The notes beneath the pieces were generated by a model. It saw only the letters and a list, made by a program, of their open reading frames with translations. It did not search any database and was not told the origin of the DNA. The position numbers and the translations under genes are program-made. From a virus (lineage: Duplodnaviria; Caudoviricetes), in IMG/VR virus record IMGVR_UViG_3300033074_001783, positions 1 through 64,000 of that record: DNA of 64,000 nucleotides. One strand, 5' to 3'. Positions 7,924 to 16,425 of this stretch are shown here, piece by piece. Position 1 is the first letter of the stretch. Each line of letters starts with the position of its first letter.

Positions 7924-8381
7924 CAACCGATGCTAAAAGGGCTACAGATTGGCTAAAACGAGCAATTCGTTTTGATGACAGATTGTCTGGCTCGGACAAC
8001 ATCAACGATCACGAACACCTGATTGCCAAACTGCTTGATGGTACTTGGGATGAGACTCCCATCATCCCGCCAAACACAGGTTTGATTGATCGGATAAAGA
8101 TTCTTGCAACAGAAGTTGGTGACGGACCTTGCACAAATGTTTATGTCATTCCGCGAGTGTCCAATGTTGGATTTTTCGCCTTTGCTGATAGAGAATGTGA
8201 TAATCCTGAGATTCGTACCATTATGTCATCTAGAGGTGGTTCTGAGCAAAGCGCTTTGGAAAATCTTGAAACCGCGCTCAGAAAATACCATCAAGACATA
8301 ATCAACGATACGGAAAACAAACTACGCGACGCCAAGTGGCTAAAACTAGAAATTCAACACAAAAAGAACCTTCTGAAATAG
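7920..8381 (+). CDS. Hypothetical protein
   Basis: ORF with ATGA overlap. Confidence 0.65.
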   Translation: MTTDAKRATDWLKRAIRFDDRLSGSDNINDHEHLIAKLLDGTWDETPIIPPNTGLIDRIKILATEVGDGPCTNVYVIPRVSNVGFFAFADRECDNPEIRTIMSSRGGSEQSALENLETALRKYHQDIINDTENKLRDAKWLKLEIQHKKNLLK

Positions 8382-8440
8382 TTTCAAAATCTGTGTCGGG
8401 CGTGGTAAAGTAGATCATCGCTTCTGACGACACAGAAGAC

Positions 8441-8513
8441 AGGCCCGCGCACGGGTTGTGCTACTTCGCCTTATAAGCGGAGAAAAAGAGTTCAAATCTC
8501 TTCGGGCCTACCA
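8441..8513 (+). tRNA. tRNA-Ile(TAT) with atypical D arm
   Basis: AGGCCCG/CGGGCCT; CTTCGC-CT-TAT-AA-GCGGAG; AAGAG-TTCAAAT-CTCTT; ACCA. Confidence 0.75.
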
Positions 8514-8522
8514 AGAAACGCC

Positions 8523-8804
8523 ATGAAAAACTTTAGTCTAAAAAATGCATTCATCAACGGAATTGGCTCCGTTCTGGCAATTCCAGTCCTTCTCACAATC
8601 ACAGCGGTAGACAAACTTAAAGTCAAAAATTACGCAGAACTTGTTCTGGTGTCTGCCGGTACTGGAGCTCTTGTGGTCGGCGTTCCAATCGGAATGGCTC
8701 TTGTGTTTGGACCTTGGGCTGCTGTTTCTTACATTGCTGGTGTTGTGTGCATCTGTATGGTTTCTGGCATTCTTCAAGAACTTAGTAAGGTCAAAAATGG
8801 CTAG
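8523..8804 (+). CDS. Membrane protein
   Basis: About three hydrophobic segments. Confidence 0.65.
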   Translation: MKNFSLKNAFINGIGSVLAIPVLLTITAVDKLKVKNYAELVLVSAGTGALVVGVPIGMALVFGPWAAVSYIAGVVCICMVSGILQELSKVKNG

Positions 8805-9000
8805 AATTATCAGCAACGGTCCCATTGGCGCTTGGCAAGAAGTGTGTAAAGGTTGCCACTACAAAGTGGAGTTTTCTCCAGCCGACATACACGAAGGCAG
8901 AGACGAAGACGACTGGACTCGTTACAAGTATGTTATCTGCCCACAGTGTCACAAAACGATTGACGTGCTAAAGCGTGAACGAGAGTGCGACGACTACTGA
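8797..9000 (+). CDS. Small Zn-ribbon protein
   Basis: MARIISNG.., CKGC and CPQC. Confidence 0.7.
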   Translation: MARIISNGPIGAWQEVCKGCHYKVEFSPADIHEGRDEDDWTRYKYVICPQCHKTIDVLKRERECDDY

Positions 9001-9015
9001 ATCAAAGGAAACGCC

Positions 9016-9198
9016 ATGACACCTGAACAAATCGTTGAATTTCTCCAAAACCGCAACCATCCCCAACATTTTGAAGCCGTTGACAAAGCTTGGAGAGCAG
9101 ATGCAAAACTGGCTCAAATGCTTGTTTCTATGGCTGCTCTGGTTTCAGACACGTTTCTGATGCAAATGAAATCAAGGATTAAACTGTACATCCCATGA
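9016..9198 (+). CDS. Hypothetical protein
   Basis: ORF with AAGGA upstream. Confidence 0.55.
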   Translation: MTPEQIVEFLQNRNHPQHFEAVDKAWRADAKLAQMLVSMAALVSDTFLMQMKSRIKLYIP

Positions 9199-9647
9199 AA
9201 CTACCTTTCCCAATCACAGAATTCCACAAGTCTGCTTCCATCATCTGTTTTGACCCAAGTAAAGGTCTTATCCTTGGTGTCTCTCGTAAAGATGATCACA
9301 CGGATTTCACCCTTCCGGGTGGTAAATGCGATGAAAATGAGACGTTTAAAGAGACGGCTCTCAGAGAACTGCGTGAGGAAACGGGATACATTGCTTACCC
9401 AGATTGGGTTTATGAACAGTTTTCTGATTTCCATGTAAATCATCGCAAACCCGGCATTGGCTATTTTTGCGTGGTGTTTTATGTGCTTGCACGAGACATA
9501 AACAGAGCCTTTCTTCCAGAAGTGGTCGGCGGACTTGTGAAATGGTGTACGCCAGAAGAACTCTTGGCAACCAAGAGTTTTCCTGATTTTACCCGCAAAG
9601 CGTTTATGGCAGCGGGGTTGGTCCAAGAATCAACAACAAACCTTTAA
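9195..9647 (+). CDS. NUDIX hydrolase
   Basis: Nudix box GGKCDENETFKETALRELREETG. Confidence 0.9.
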   Translation: MKLPFPITEFHKSASIICFDPSKGLILGVSRKDDHTDFTLPGGKCDENETFKETALRELREETGYIAYPDWVYEQFSDFHVNHRKPGIGYFCVVFYVLARDINRAFLPEVVGGLVKWCTPEELLATKSFPDFTRKAFMAAGLVQESTTNL

Positions 9648-9693
9648 CAACCAATTCTTTCAAATTCATATCCAAGTGTGATAGAACAGATCT

Positions 9694-10386
9694 ATGAAAT
9701 CCCTCCGATTCAATCGCAATCCACTTGTAGTTACAGGCCGCATTGACCAACCTTCACAGGAGCTTGTGAAAAACACTCTTGGGCTTTTCAACGCCTCTCC
9801 TGAAGATACTGTGAAATACGGAGGTGACCTGACTCGGGCCGCTCTTGGTGCTGTGAAACTACACAACGACAGGAAGTATGTTGTGGTTGACACGAAGATC
9901 CACATGCTCATTCCCGGTATGTCTCCTGCAATTCCGGGTTGGCACACAGATGGCGTGCCTCGTGGCCCAAAACGAGACAGCATTCATCACGGAAACCCGG
10001 ATCTGTTCGCTCAAGAATGGGACAGTATTCGTCCTCATCGTTATCACCTGCTTGTTACAGGAGTTGGTTGCCTCACCGAATTTCTTGCCAATCCGAATTG
10101 GGAAATGATGGTGGATGAGGAACAGGATTCTCAGATTTACAACAGGATGAGCAAGCAGGTTAACCAAGAAATTGAGTGCGGTTATGCCAAGAAGCTTTCT
10201 GTTGAAAGCTGCGCTGTCACAGAGTTTGATTGGTGGGATATCCATCGTGGCATTCAGGCAACGACAAAAGAGTGGCGTTTCCTCATGCGAGTGATGGAGT
10301 CAGACTTTGCTCCGCCTGAGCGTGATCTACGAAACGTCATTCGTACTCAACAGCAAGTTTATGCTCCAACAGACTTTGGTTGGTGA
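9694..10386 (+). CDS. Putative 2OG-Fe(II) oxygenase-fold protein
   Basis: PGWHTDG (HxD), distal H (DIHRG) and R; leaderless promoter. Confidence 0.6.
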   Translation: MKSLRFNRNPLVVTGRIDQPSQELVKNTLGLFNASPEDTVKYGGDLTRAALGAVKLHNDRKYVVVDTKIHMLIPGMSPAIPGWHTDGVPRGPKRDSIHHGNPDLFAQEWDSIRPHRYHLLVTGVGCLTEFLANPNWEMMVDEEQDSQIYNRMSKQVNQEIECGYAKKLSVESCAVTEFDWWDIHRGIQATTKEWRFLMRVMESDFAPPERDLRNVIRTQQQVYAPTDFGW

Positions 10387-10578
10387 AGGATGGCTTCAAC
10401 TTACAAAGAAGATACTGCAAATTGTCTTATTAAAGCTGCTTGTGGTTATGGTATGACCAAAGAAAATCTCTTGGAGATCTTTGGTAAACTTACAGACAGC
10501 GAAATTGACGAACTGTTGTATCTCTGTTACAGATGTGCCGAGAAATCTGGTTTTGATACCCTTTACGGATGAACTACC

Positions 10579-10956
10579 ATGAAAAAAACATTTCTTGTAC
10601 CAAGTCTCACAGAAAAAGAAAAAACCATTTTGCTGATTCGGCAAGCTGTGCTTTTTGCCAAAATGTATTTGCCAAAAATCAAACGGAAACCAGAGAATTT
10701 CGTCTCTTACTCTGGCACAACCATTGAAGAGTACGAGATTCTGTTTGACAGATTGGAAAATTGTGTCTGTTCTATGCTAGAAACAGATGACAATGATCTT
10801 ACGACAGCGCAAGTAGTGGCAGTTTTGCTTAACATTGGTCTTGGGAAACCTTTGTACACTTGTCTTGCTTGGTATGGCCAACACGGTGCAACGTACGCGA
10901 AGGTGGCAAACAAAATTGCCGAAGCTGTGAAGACGGAAGAGAAAATTGGCATTTAA
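10579..10956 (+). CDS. Hypothetical protein
   Basis: ORF. Confidence 0.6.
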   Translation: MKKTFLVPSLTEKEKTILLIRQAVLFAKMYLPKIKRKPENFVSYSGTTIEEYEILFDRLENCVCSMLETDDNDLTTAQVVAVLLNIGLGKPLYTCLAWYGQHGATYAKVANKIAEAVKTEEKIGI

Positions 10957-10974
10957 GAAAGAGGCGTGTTTCAA

Positions 10975-11829
10975 ATGAGAAACGACATGCGACATGTGCT
11001 CATTGACCGACCCAGACACAAAAGTTGGGAGAATGGACACGAGCGCAACAAATACAAATCAAATGATGAAGAGGCTCCCAACAAAGAAACCATTCGGCCC
11101 AAAGGGCGCGGAGTTGATCGTAAAGACCTGTCTGACAACCTCGCTCCTTTGTTTCGGTTTTTGAAAAGCAACGTTGGAAGACCTTGGAACAAGGTGTATT
11201 CAGAGATTTGTGAAAACATCTCTCTTGATTCCACGCTGCAACGACACATTCTTGTGCATGTCAAACATGCGGTTCATCAAGATGTTGAAATGGGGGAAGA
11301 CGGACTTCCGTATTCTGTTGTCAAATATTACTACAACGATAACCGGCCACTGATGAGCAGAGGTCATTGGGACAGTTTTTACGTGAATCCCAACACGGGC
11401 ATTCTTTGTGTTTGTCCAAGACAAAAGAAAGAAACAAAGAAAAGCCAAGTGACGCTTATCACATTACCTGACAACAAACTGATTCAATATCGTCTGGTCA
11501 CCAAGAGTAAGTGGTCTGACAAAACTCGCAGTTTTGTACGAGTCACAAGTTGGTGGGGAATTGAGTTGGCAAAGAGACCCGAACCAACAAAACACACGAT
11601 TTACACAAGAGAATGGGATTGTGTCAAGGGTTGTCTGGTCGTCACAAAGACAGAAGAGAAGTTCTATGAAGACGGCAGAGACGTACTGTTTGACAAAGAG
11701 CTCAGAAACCTGTCGGAACAAGAATCGTTCACCTACTACAACAACTACAGGCTTTACGCAATCAGGATGTGGCAACTGAGTTCCAAAGAGCTCAAAACAA
11801 TCAGGAGAACGATTGGTGAGGTCGTCTGA
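10975..11829 (+). CDS. Hypothetical basic protein
   Basis: Long ORF with GAGG upstream. Confidence 0.75.
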   Translation: MRNDMRHVLIDRPRHKSWENGHERNKYKSNDEEAPNKETIRPKGRGVDRKDLSDNLAPLFRFLKSNVGRPWNKVYSEICENISLDSTLQRHILVHVKHAVHQDVEMGEDGLPYSVVKYYYNDNRPLMSRGHWDSFYVNPNTGILCVCPRQKKETKKSQVTLITLPDNKLIQYRLVTKSKWSDKTRSFVRVTSWWGIELAKRPEPTKHTIYTREWDCVKGCLVVTKTEEKFYEDGRDVLFDKELRNLSEQESFTYYNNYRLYAIRMWQLSSKELKTIRRTIGEVV

Positions 11830-12064
11830 ACTGAAAGTTGGCGAAGCCTATAAAGTACATCACAAAACCAACTGTTTCATGGTTAGAGCAGAAATACCAA
11901 AAGAAAACGTAACAAGCAAATTTCAAATATATTTGTCAGAAAACTCAACTTTCTTAGTTGTTCAAGAGTTTGAAAACGGTAACCTTCTTAAAGTGCTGAT
12001 GCAAGATGGAATCAGGTGGTTCTATCGTAGTTCAACTGCCGCTTTGAATTTTTTACCTGCCTAA
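11813..12064 (+). CDS. Hypothetical protein
   Basis: ORF. Confidence 0.55.
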   Translation: MVRSSELKVGEAYKVHHKTNCFMVRAEIPKENVTSKFQIYLSENSTFLVVQEFENGNLLKVLMQDGIRWFYRSSTAALNFLPA

Positions 12065-12067
12065 CCT

Positions 12068-12096
12068 TTCACAATTCCAATTCTGACTGCTACTAT
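12068..12096 (+). promoter_or_regulatory. Early promoter giving a leaderless mRNA that starts at ATG 12103
   Basis: TTCACA-N17-TACTAT-N6-ATG, same geometry as at least 7 other promoters in the window. Confidence 0.75.
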
Positions 12097-12102
12097 AGTC
12101 AC

Positions 12103-13113
12103 ATGGACAACATCATCAATCACGAAATGTAGGGCTTAGTTGACAATGGCTGCGAAGACACAGAGTGCAAACTCTACGTGATCACGCACCAAGATCTAAC
12201 TCTCCAGTACGCCATTCCTCAAACAATGCACGCTGCTCTTGAGTTTGGGATTGCATTCCCAGACGAGTATCAAAAGTGGCATTCGCGTTCCAATTCCATT
12301 ATCACACTTGCAACAAAAAACGAAAGAGCTCTTTGGGAGTTTTCAAGACTCCTTGAGAAAAAAGGACTTAAATATGTTCCTTTTTACGAACCTGATGTTG
12401 GAATGGCTCTTACAGCTTTAGCCATTGTTCCAAATCCAATGGTGAAAAGAGTTTGTATGGGCATTCCTCTGTGTGGGAAATACGTCAATCCTTTGGCTCA
12501 AGAGAGACTTGAAAAAACTTGGGATTTGGTGGAAAAGATGCAAACCTGTTATCAAACCAAAGGTATCAACATGCTTGAGCATGGTTTGATGGTGAAAGAC
12601 AGATTGTTTGATCTTCTTGAAACCATGAGAGATCCTTCAAGATCTTACAGGTATCAATGGCGTTTGCCAAGTTGGTTTCTTGAACACAGCGCCAAAATAT
12701 CTAAAGATATTTGCAGTGACTTTACTTTGGCGAAGTACACAACCATGCACGATTGTGGCAAACCAAAAGTGAGAATTGAGAGAGAAGACGGCAAAGCGTC
12801 TTACCCCAACCACGCTGAAGCTAGCTACGAAGAGTGGCTGTCTATCTCGGATGACGCAGAGATTGCAGAGCTCATTCGTAGAGACATGCAGATTCACTTG
12901 CTCAAATCAGAAGAAATTCCTGAGTTCTGTCGCAACAAGAAAACTGCTCTTTCTTTGTTGATTTCTGGATTGGCCGAGATCCATGCAAATGAGCAACTTT
13001 TTGGAGGGTTTAATTCCGATGGATTCAAAATCAAATGGAAACAGATTGATAAAAAAGGAAAAGGAATTTGTCAATTTCTGTTTGGTTGGGTCAAAGTGAC
13101 CAGTGGAACCTAA
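12103..13113 (+). CDS. Peptidyl-tRNA hydrolase 2 (Pth2)-like domain fused to an HD phosphohydrolase; in-frame TAG at codon 10 (12130-12132)
   Basis: Pth2-like KLYVITHQDL..QTMHAALEF..FYEPD..LTALA; HD motifs EHG..MHDCGKP..NHA; the frame from ATG 12103 is continuous apart from one TAG. Confidence 0.8.
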
Positions 13114-13127
13114 CCAATAGGAGAGAA
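13102..13127 (+). repeat. 26-bp exact dispersed repeat, copy 1
   Basis: AGTGGAACCTAACCAATAGGAGAGAA, also at 38396-38421(-) and 51988-52013(-). Confidence 0.9.
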
Positions 13128-13130
13128 GAA

Positions 13131-14207
13131 ATGGTATCAAAACTGCTTACTAGAAATGGTTTTAGAGATGCGTGCCTGAAGAGAGATGGGTACAAATGCG
13201 TGAATTGTGGGGCACCAGCGACCTACGATAAAAATGGGGAGGTTGACAACCTTGACATTCATCACATCATAGAAAGAAGGTTGTTTACAGCGAAAGCAGA
13301 GTTTGGAGGCTATTTCGTTGACAACGGCGCCTGCGTTTGCGAGCCATGTCACATACTTGCAGAACAAACACTCTTGTCTTGCGATGCTCTCAGAGAGAAA
13401 TGTGGAATCAAAACCATTGTTCTTCCGTTGCATCTGTACCATGACCAAGAGTATGACAAATGGGGCAATCCTGTTCTCCCAAACGGAACTAGATTGAAGG
13501 GAGACCTGTTTTATGATCTCTCTGTTCAAAAGGTTCTTGAACCTGTTCTCCATCTGTTTTCTGAGAAGGTCAAATATCCCAGAACTCCTCATCTTCCTTG
13601 GAGTCCGGGTGTTGGCAAAGATGACAGGGTGCTTGATTCCACAGATTGCTTCGTTGGAAAAGAAATTGTCATCACAGAGAAGATGGATGGAGAGTGTACA
13701 ACCATCGGAAGAACTTATTCTCATGCAAGATCTGTAGAGAGTGGATCTCATCCATCAAGAGATTGGATCAAAGCTTTGCAAGGTCGCATTGGTTACGACA
13801 TTCCAGAAGGTTGGAGACTTTGTGGAGAGAACTTGTTTGCCAAACATTCTCTTGGATATAACAACCTCAAAGACTTCTTTCTTCTCTTTTCCATTTGGAA
13901 CGAGAACAACATTTGTTTGAGTTGGGATGAAACAGTTGAATGGGCTTCTCTATTGAATCTGCACATTGTCCCAACGATATACAGAGGAGTCTGGGACGAA
14001 AAGAATACAAGGAATCTGAAGATTGATTCTAACGTGCAAGAAGGTTACGTTGTGCGGCTGGCTGATTCATTCAGCTACGGTGACTTCAGAAAGAGTGTAG
14101 CGAAGTGGGTGAGACCTTCCCATGTGACGACACACGGCGGTTGGATGAGATCTGAACTTATACCAAACAAGCTGATAGTTACCCAAGATGTTGAAAGAAA
14201 TAATTGA
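13131..14207 (+). CDS. HNH nuclease domain fused to an ATP-dependent RNA ligase (Rnl2-type)
   Basis: N-term RDGYKCVNCG..HHI..NG..CEPCH; ligase motifs KYPRTPHL, TEKMDG, GENL, EGYVVR, AKWVR. Confidence 0.85.
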   Translation: MVSKLLTRNGFRDACLKRDGYKCVNCGAPATYDKNGEVDNLDIHHIIERRLFTAKAEFGGYFVDNGACVCEPCHILAEQTLLSCDALREKCGIKTIVLPLHLYHDQEYDKWGNPVLPNGTRLKGDLFYDLSVQKVLEPVLHLFSEKVKYPRTPHLPWSPGVGKDDRVLDSTDCFVGKEIVITEKMDGECTTIGRTYSHARSVESGSHPSRDWIKALQGRIGYDIPEGWRLCGENLFAKHSLGYNNLKDFFLLFSIWNENNICLSWDETVEWASLLNLHIVPTIYRGVWDEKNTRNLKIDSNVQEGYVVRLADSFSYGDFRKSVAKWVRPSHVTTHGGWMRSELIPNKLIVTQDVERNN

Positions 14208-14621
14208 TGAAGTTGTTGAAGTGCTACAAAAAGTAAAACAAACGCATTTCACAAAATTGGACGACAAGGCACGAGCGTGGGCTAAATTGCTTTTTTGAGG
14301 AACTTATCAAGGGAAGAAGTAGCGGATAGAACTGGTGTTCCTGTTGATTATGTCAAAGAATTGTTTCAAGAGTTTTCAGAAGAAGTGCGCGCTTCTACTC
14401 CTGTTGGTGAACGACAAGAGAAAGTAAAAGAAATGTACAAGCAAGGTTTTCAACCAAAACGTCTGTCGGCAATTTTTCGTATACCGTTGCACATCATTGA
14501 TCAATGGGTTGGACGAGGTGTGGAACTCGTGCGTGGAAAGAACGATTTTGAACGAGATGTTGGGGGTGAAAAACTTCCATCTTTCAAAGATATCTTTAAT
14601 TCAAGACACAACAAACCATGA
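14188..14621 (+). CDS. HTH-like protein split by a -1 frameshift at CTT-TTT-TGA (~14295)
   Basis: ORF 14188-14298 has a late-promoter motif 6 nt upstream and continues in the -1 frame (LSREEVADRTGVP..). Confidence 0.5.
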
Positions 14622-14768
14622 TGCCACTTATAAAAACAACCAACATTCTGGCCATTGGTGGTTGCGACGCTTACGTGCTAACAAAAGTTTCTTTTTAACG
14701 AATCAGAGAACACTATCACGGTTTCCATCAATCAAGATCCAATCTCAGATGATGGCTCTGTTAATCTA

Positions 14769-14981
14769 ATGGGTTGGATCAGAGCCAGCTACGAAACATC
14801 AAGTCCACCAGATCCGAGCATTCACATCAAACAGATGGCTCAGTATGACACCCTCTTGTATTACTACGAGTTAGAAAAACCAGTTTTGATTGAATGCGAA
14901 TTTGGTGCTTGTGATCATGAAAGTAGGGATCAAAGTATGATTTTAGAGATCAAATACAAGGCAAAGAAGCTTCACTGCTGA
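14769..14981 (+). CDS. Hypothetical protein
   Basis: ORF. Confidence 0.5.
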   Translation: MGWIRASYETSSPPDPSIHIKQMAQYDTLLYYYELEKPVLIECEFGACDHESRDQSMILEIKYKAKKLHC

Positions 14982-15020
14982 ATCTTTCAAAACCTTCCTG
15001 CTGTGTGGTAGGATCGGTTT

Positions 15021-15338
15021 ATGCGCACCCCACAAGACGTGTTTTGCAACCGCTATCACAAGCACAGCAGCGACACTGGATTTCTCATCGGCGGCATGTA
15101 CGACGAAGATCTCACCTCTGTGATCGCTTCTCTACACGATGACAGGCATTGGGACAACAACGGTAAGTCCGTTGAGAACGACTTCTTGTGCGACGATGAT
15201 GGAGTTCACGTTCGCGGAGAGTTTCCTGTCTACATCCGTCAAGAAGTAATGATCGGAGATTACCAGTTTTTTCAGTTCTACGTCTCAGATCGCGATGGCT
15301 ATTGGTGGACAGAAGCCAAGAATGTGAGGATTGCATGA
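15021..15338 (+). CDS. Hypothetical protein
   Basis: ORF; leaderless promoter TTCAAA-N17-TAGGAT-N6-ATG. Confidence 0.7.
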   Translation: MRTPQDVFCNRYHKHSSDTGFLIGGMYDEDLTSVIASLHDDRHWDNNGKSVENDFLCDDDGVHVRGEFPVYIRQEVMIGDYQFFQFYVSDRDGYWWTEAKNVRIA

Positions 15339-15955
15339 CCACGGAAAACAAAGAAACGTTCATGGCAAGGCTTAGGCCGATGCTTGCTCCAAGCGAGCTT
15401 CGTAAAATTGAACTTGCCTACATCCTAACCAAAGACGGACACAGGAGCCAGACAAGAAAACAGTTGGGACTTGATGGTCAACCAATCAGGTATTTTGAAC
15501 ATCCAAGGCGCGTCGCAATTGTTGTCATGGATGAGTGCAAAATCTACTCCCCAAGCTTCATCATCACTGCGCTTGGACATGATCTTCTTGAAGACAGTGA
15601 AATGACGCCAGAACTTCTTGAGGATTGTTTTGGCGCGGAAGTGACGAAGTGGATCAAGTCTCTGTCCAAAGTGCCAAAAGAAGGTTACTACGAACGACTG
15701 AAGGCATATGGCTCTTGGCAAGCAATGTTTATCAAACTTTGCGACAGACTGGATAACCTTCGTGACATGGAAGGTTGCGACGATGGTTTCAAACGCAAGC
15801 AGTGCCTTGAAACCATGCAATCCATCTACCCGCTTGCCGGAGAACTTCTGGTTAAATGCCCAGACAAGGATGTTCAGCGGACAGCGGAAGCTTTGGCTGT
15901 AAAGATTAGAATTAGGGTTGAAGAAATCTTTCAAAGCTTGTCAGCGGGATCATAA
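15335..15955 (+). CDS. RelA/SpoT-type HD hydrolase (small alarmone hydrolase, Mesh1-like)
   Basis: H..QTRK, YFEHP, GHDLLED, IKLCDRLDNL. Confidence 0.85.
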   Translation: MTTENKETFMARLRPMLAPSELRKIELAYILTKDGHRSQTRKQLGLDGQPIRYFEHPRRVAIVVMDECKIYSPSFIITALGHDLLEDSEMTPELLEDCFGAEVTKWIKSLSKVPKEGYYERLKAYGSWQAMFIKLCDRLDNLRDMEGCDDGFKRKQCLETMQSIYPLAGELLVKCPDKDVQRTAEALAVKIRIRVEEIFQSLSAGS

Positions 15956-15967
15956 AATAGAACCATC

Positions 15968-16357
15968 ATGCACATGCGTTATAAACCTTGGTATTTGCTG
16001 ATGTTGTCCTACTACTCAAGGGCAAATCAACACCTTCTTGAAAACGCCAAGCATGTTGCGTGCTACCGATGTAAACGTCTTGTGTCTCTTGAAGAGGTTG
16101 TGTATGGAACAGAAGACACAGGACCAAAAGGATTCTTTAATGGGGCAAAAACAGGAATCCACAAAACCTGTGGATTTGATACTTTGTTGCCATCGGAAGT
16201 GTTTTACAAACGTCTTCCTTTGAAAAACCAAGATTTCTTGGTTTCAATGCACAATCTCTTCTTCCAAGAAGAGAAAAAGTTTTCTTTTGGGCGAATGATC
16301 GCTCCGATGTATCCTCACAATCCTTACCGTAAAACTCTGATTCACCCGGTTCCATAG
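15968..16357 (+). CDS. Hypothetical protein; its TAG stop lies inside the suppressor tRNA
   Basis: ORF with CYRC and HKTC. Confidence 0.6.
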   Translation: MHMRYKPWYLLMLSYYSRANQHLLENAKHVACYRCKRLVSLEEVVYGTEDTGPKGFFNGAKTGIHKTCGFDTLLPSEVFYKRLPLKNQDFLVSMHNLFFQEEKKFSFGRMIAPMYPHNPYRKTLIHPVP

Positions 16358-16423
16358 CTCAGTGGCTAGAGCGCTGGATTCTAAACCCAAGGGTCGCGGG
16401 TTCAAATCCCGCTGGAACCGCCA
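16348..16423 (+). tRNA. Amber suppressor tRNA (anticodon CTA)
   Basis: Exact 76-nt cloverleaf: GGTTCCA/TGGAACC, GCTC/GAGC, loop TT-CTA-AA (anticodon 16381-16383), GCGGG-TTCAAAT-CCCGC, GCCA; anticodon stem has two mismatches. Confidence 0.85.
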
Positions 16424-16425
16424 TT

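Noticed and set aside
12103-12177. Pyrrolysine or selenocysteine insertion
   Set aside because: The CUA tRNA has a standard cloverleaf unlike tRNA-Pyl, no pyl genes are in the window, and the codon is UAG rather than UGA.
16348-16423. Reading this tRNA as Arg(TCT)
   Set aside because: That register leaves no anticodon stem pairing; standard arm lengths place CTA at 34-36, and A20 is absent.
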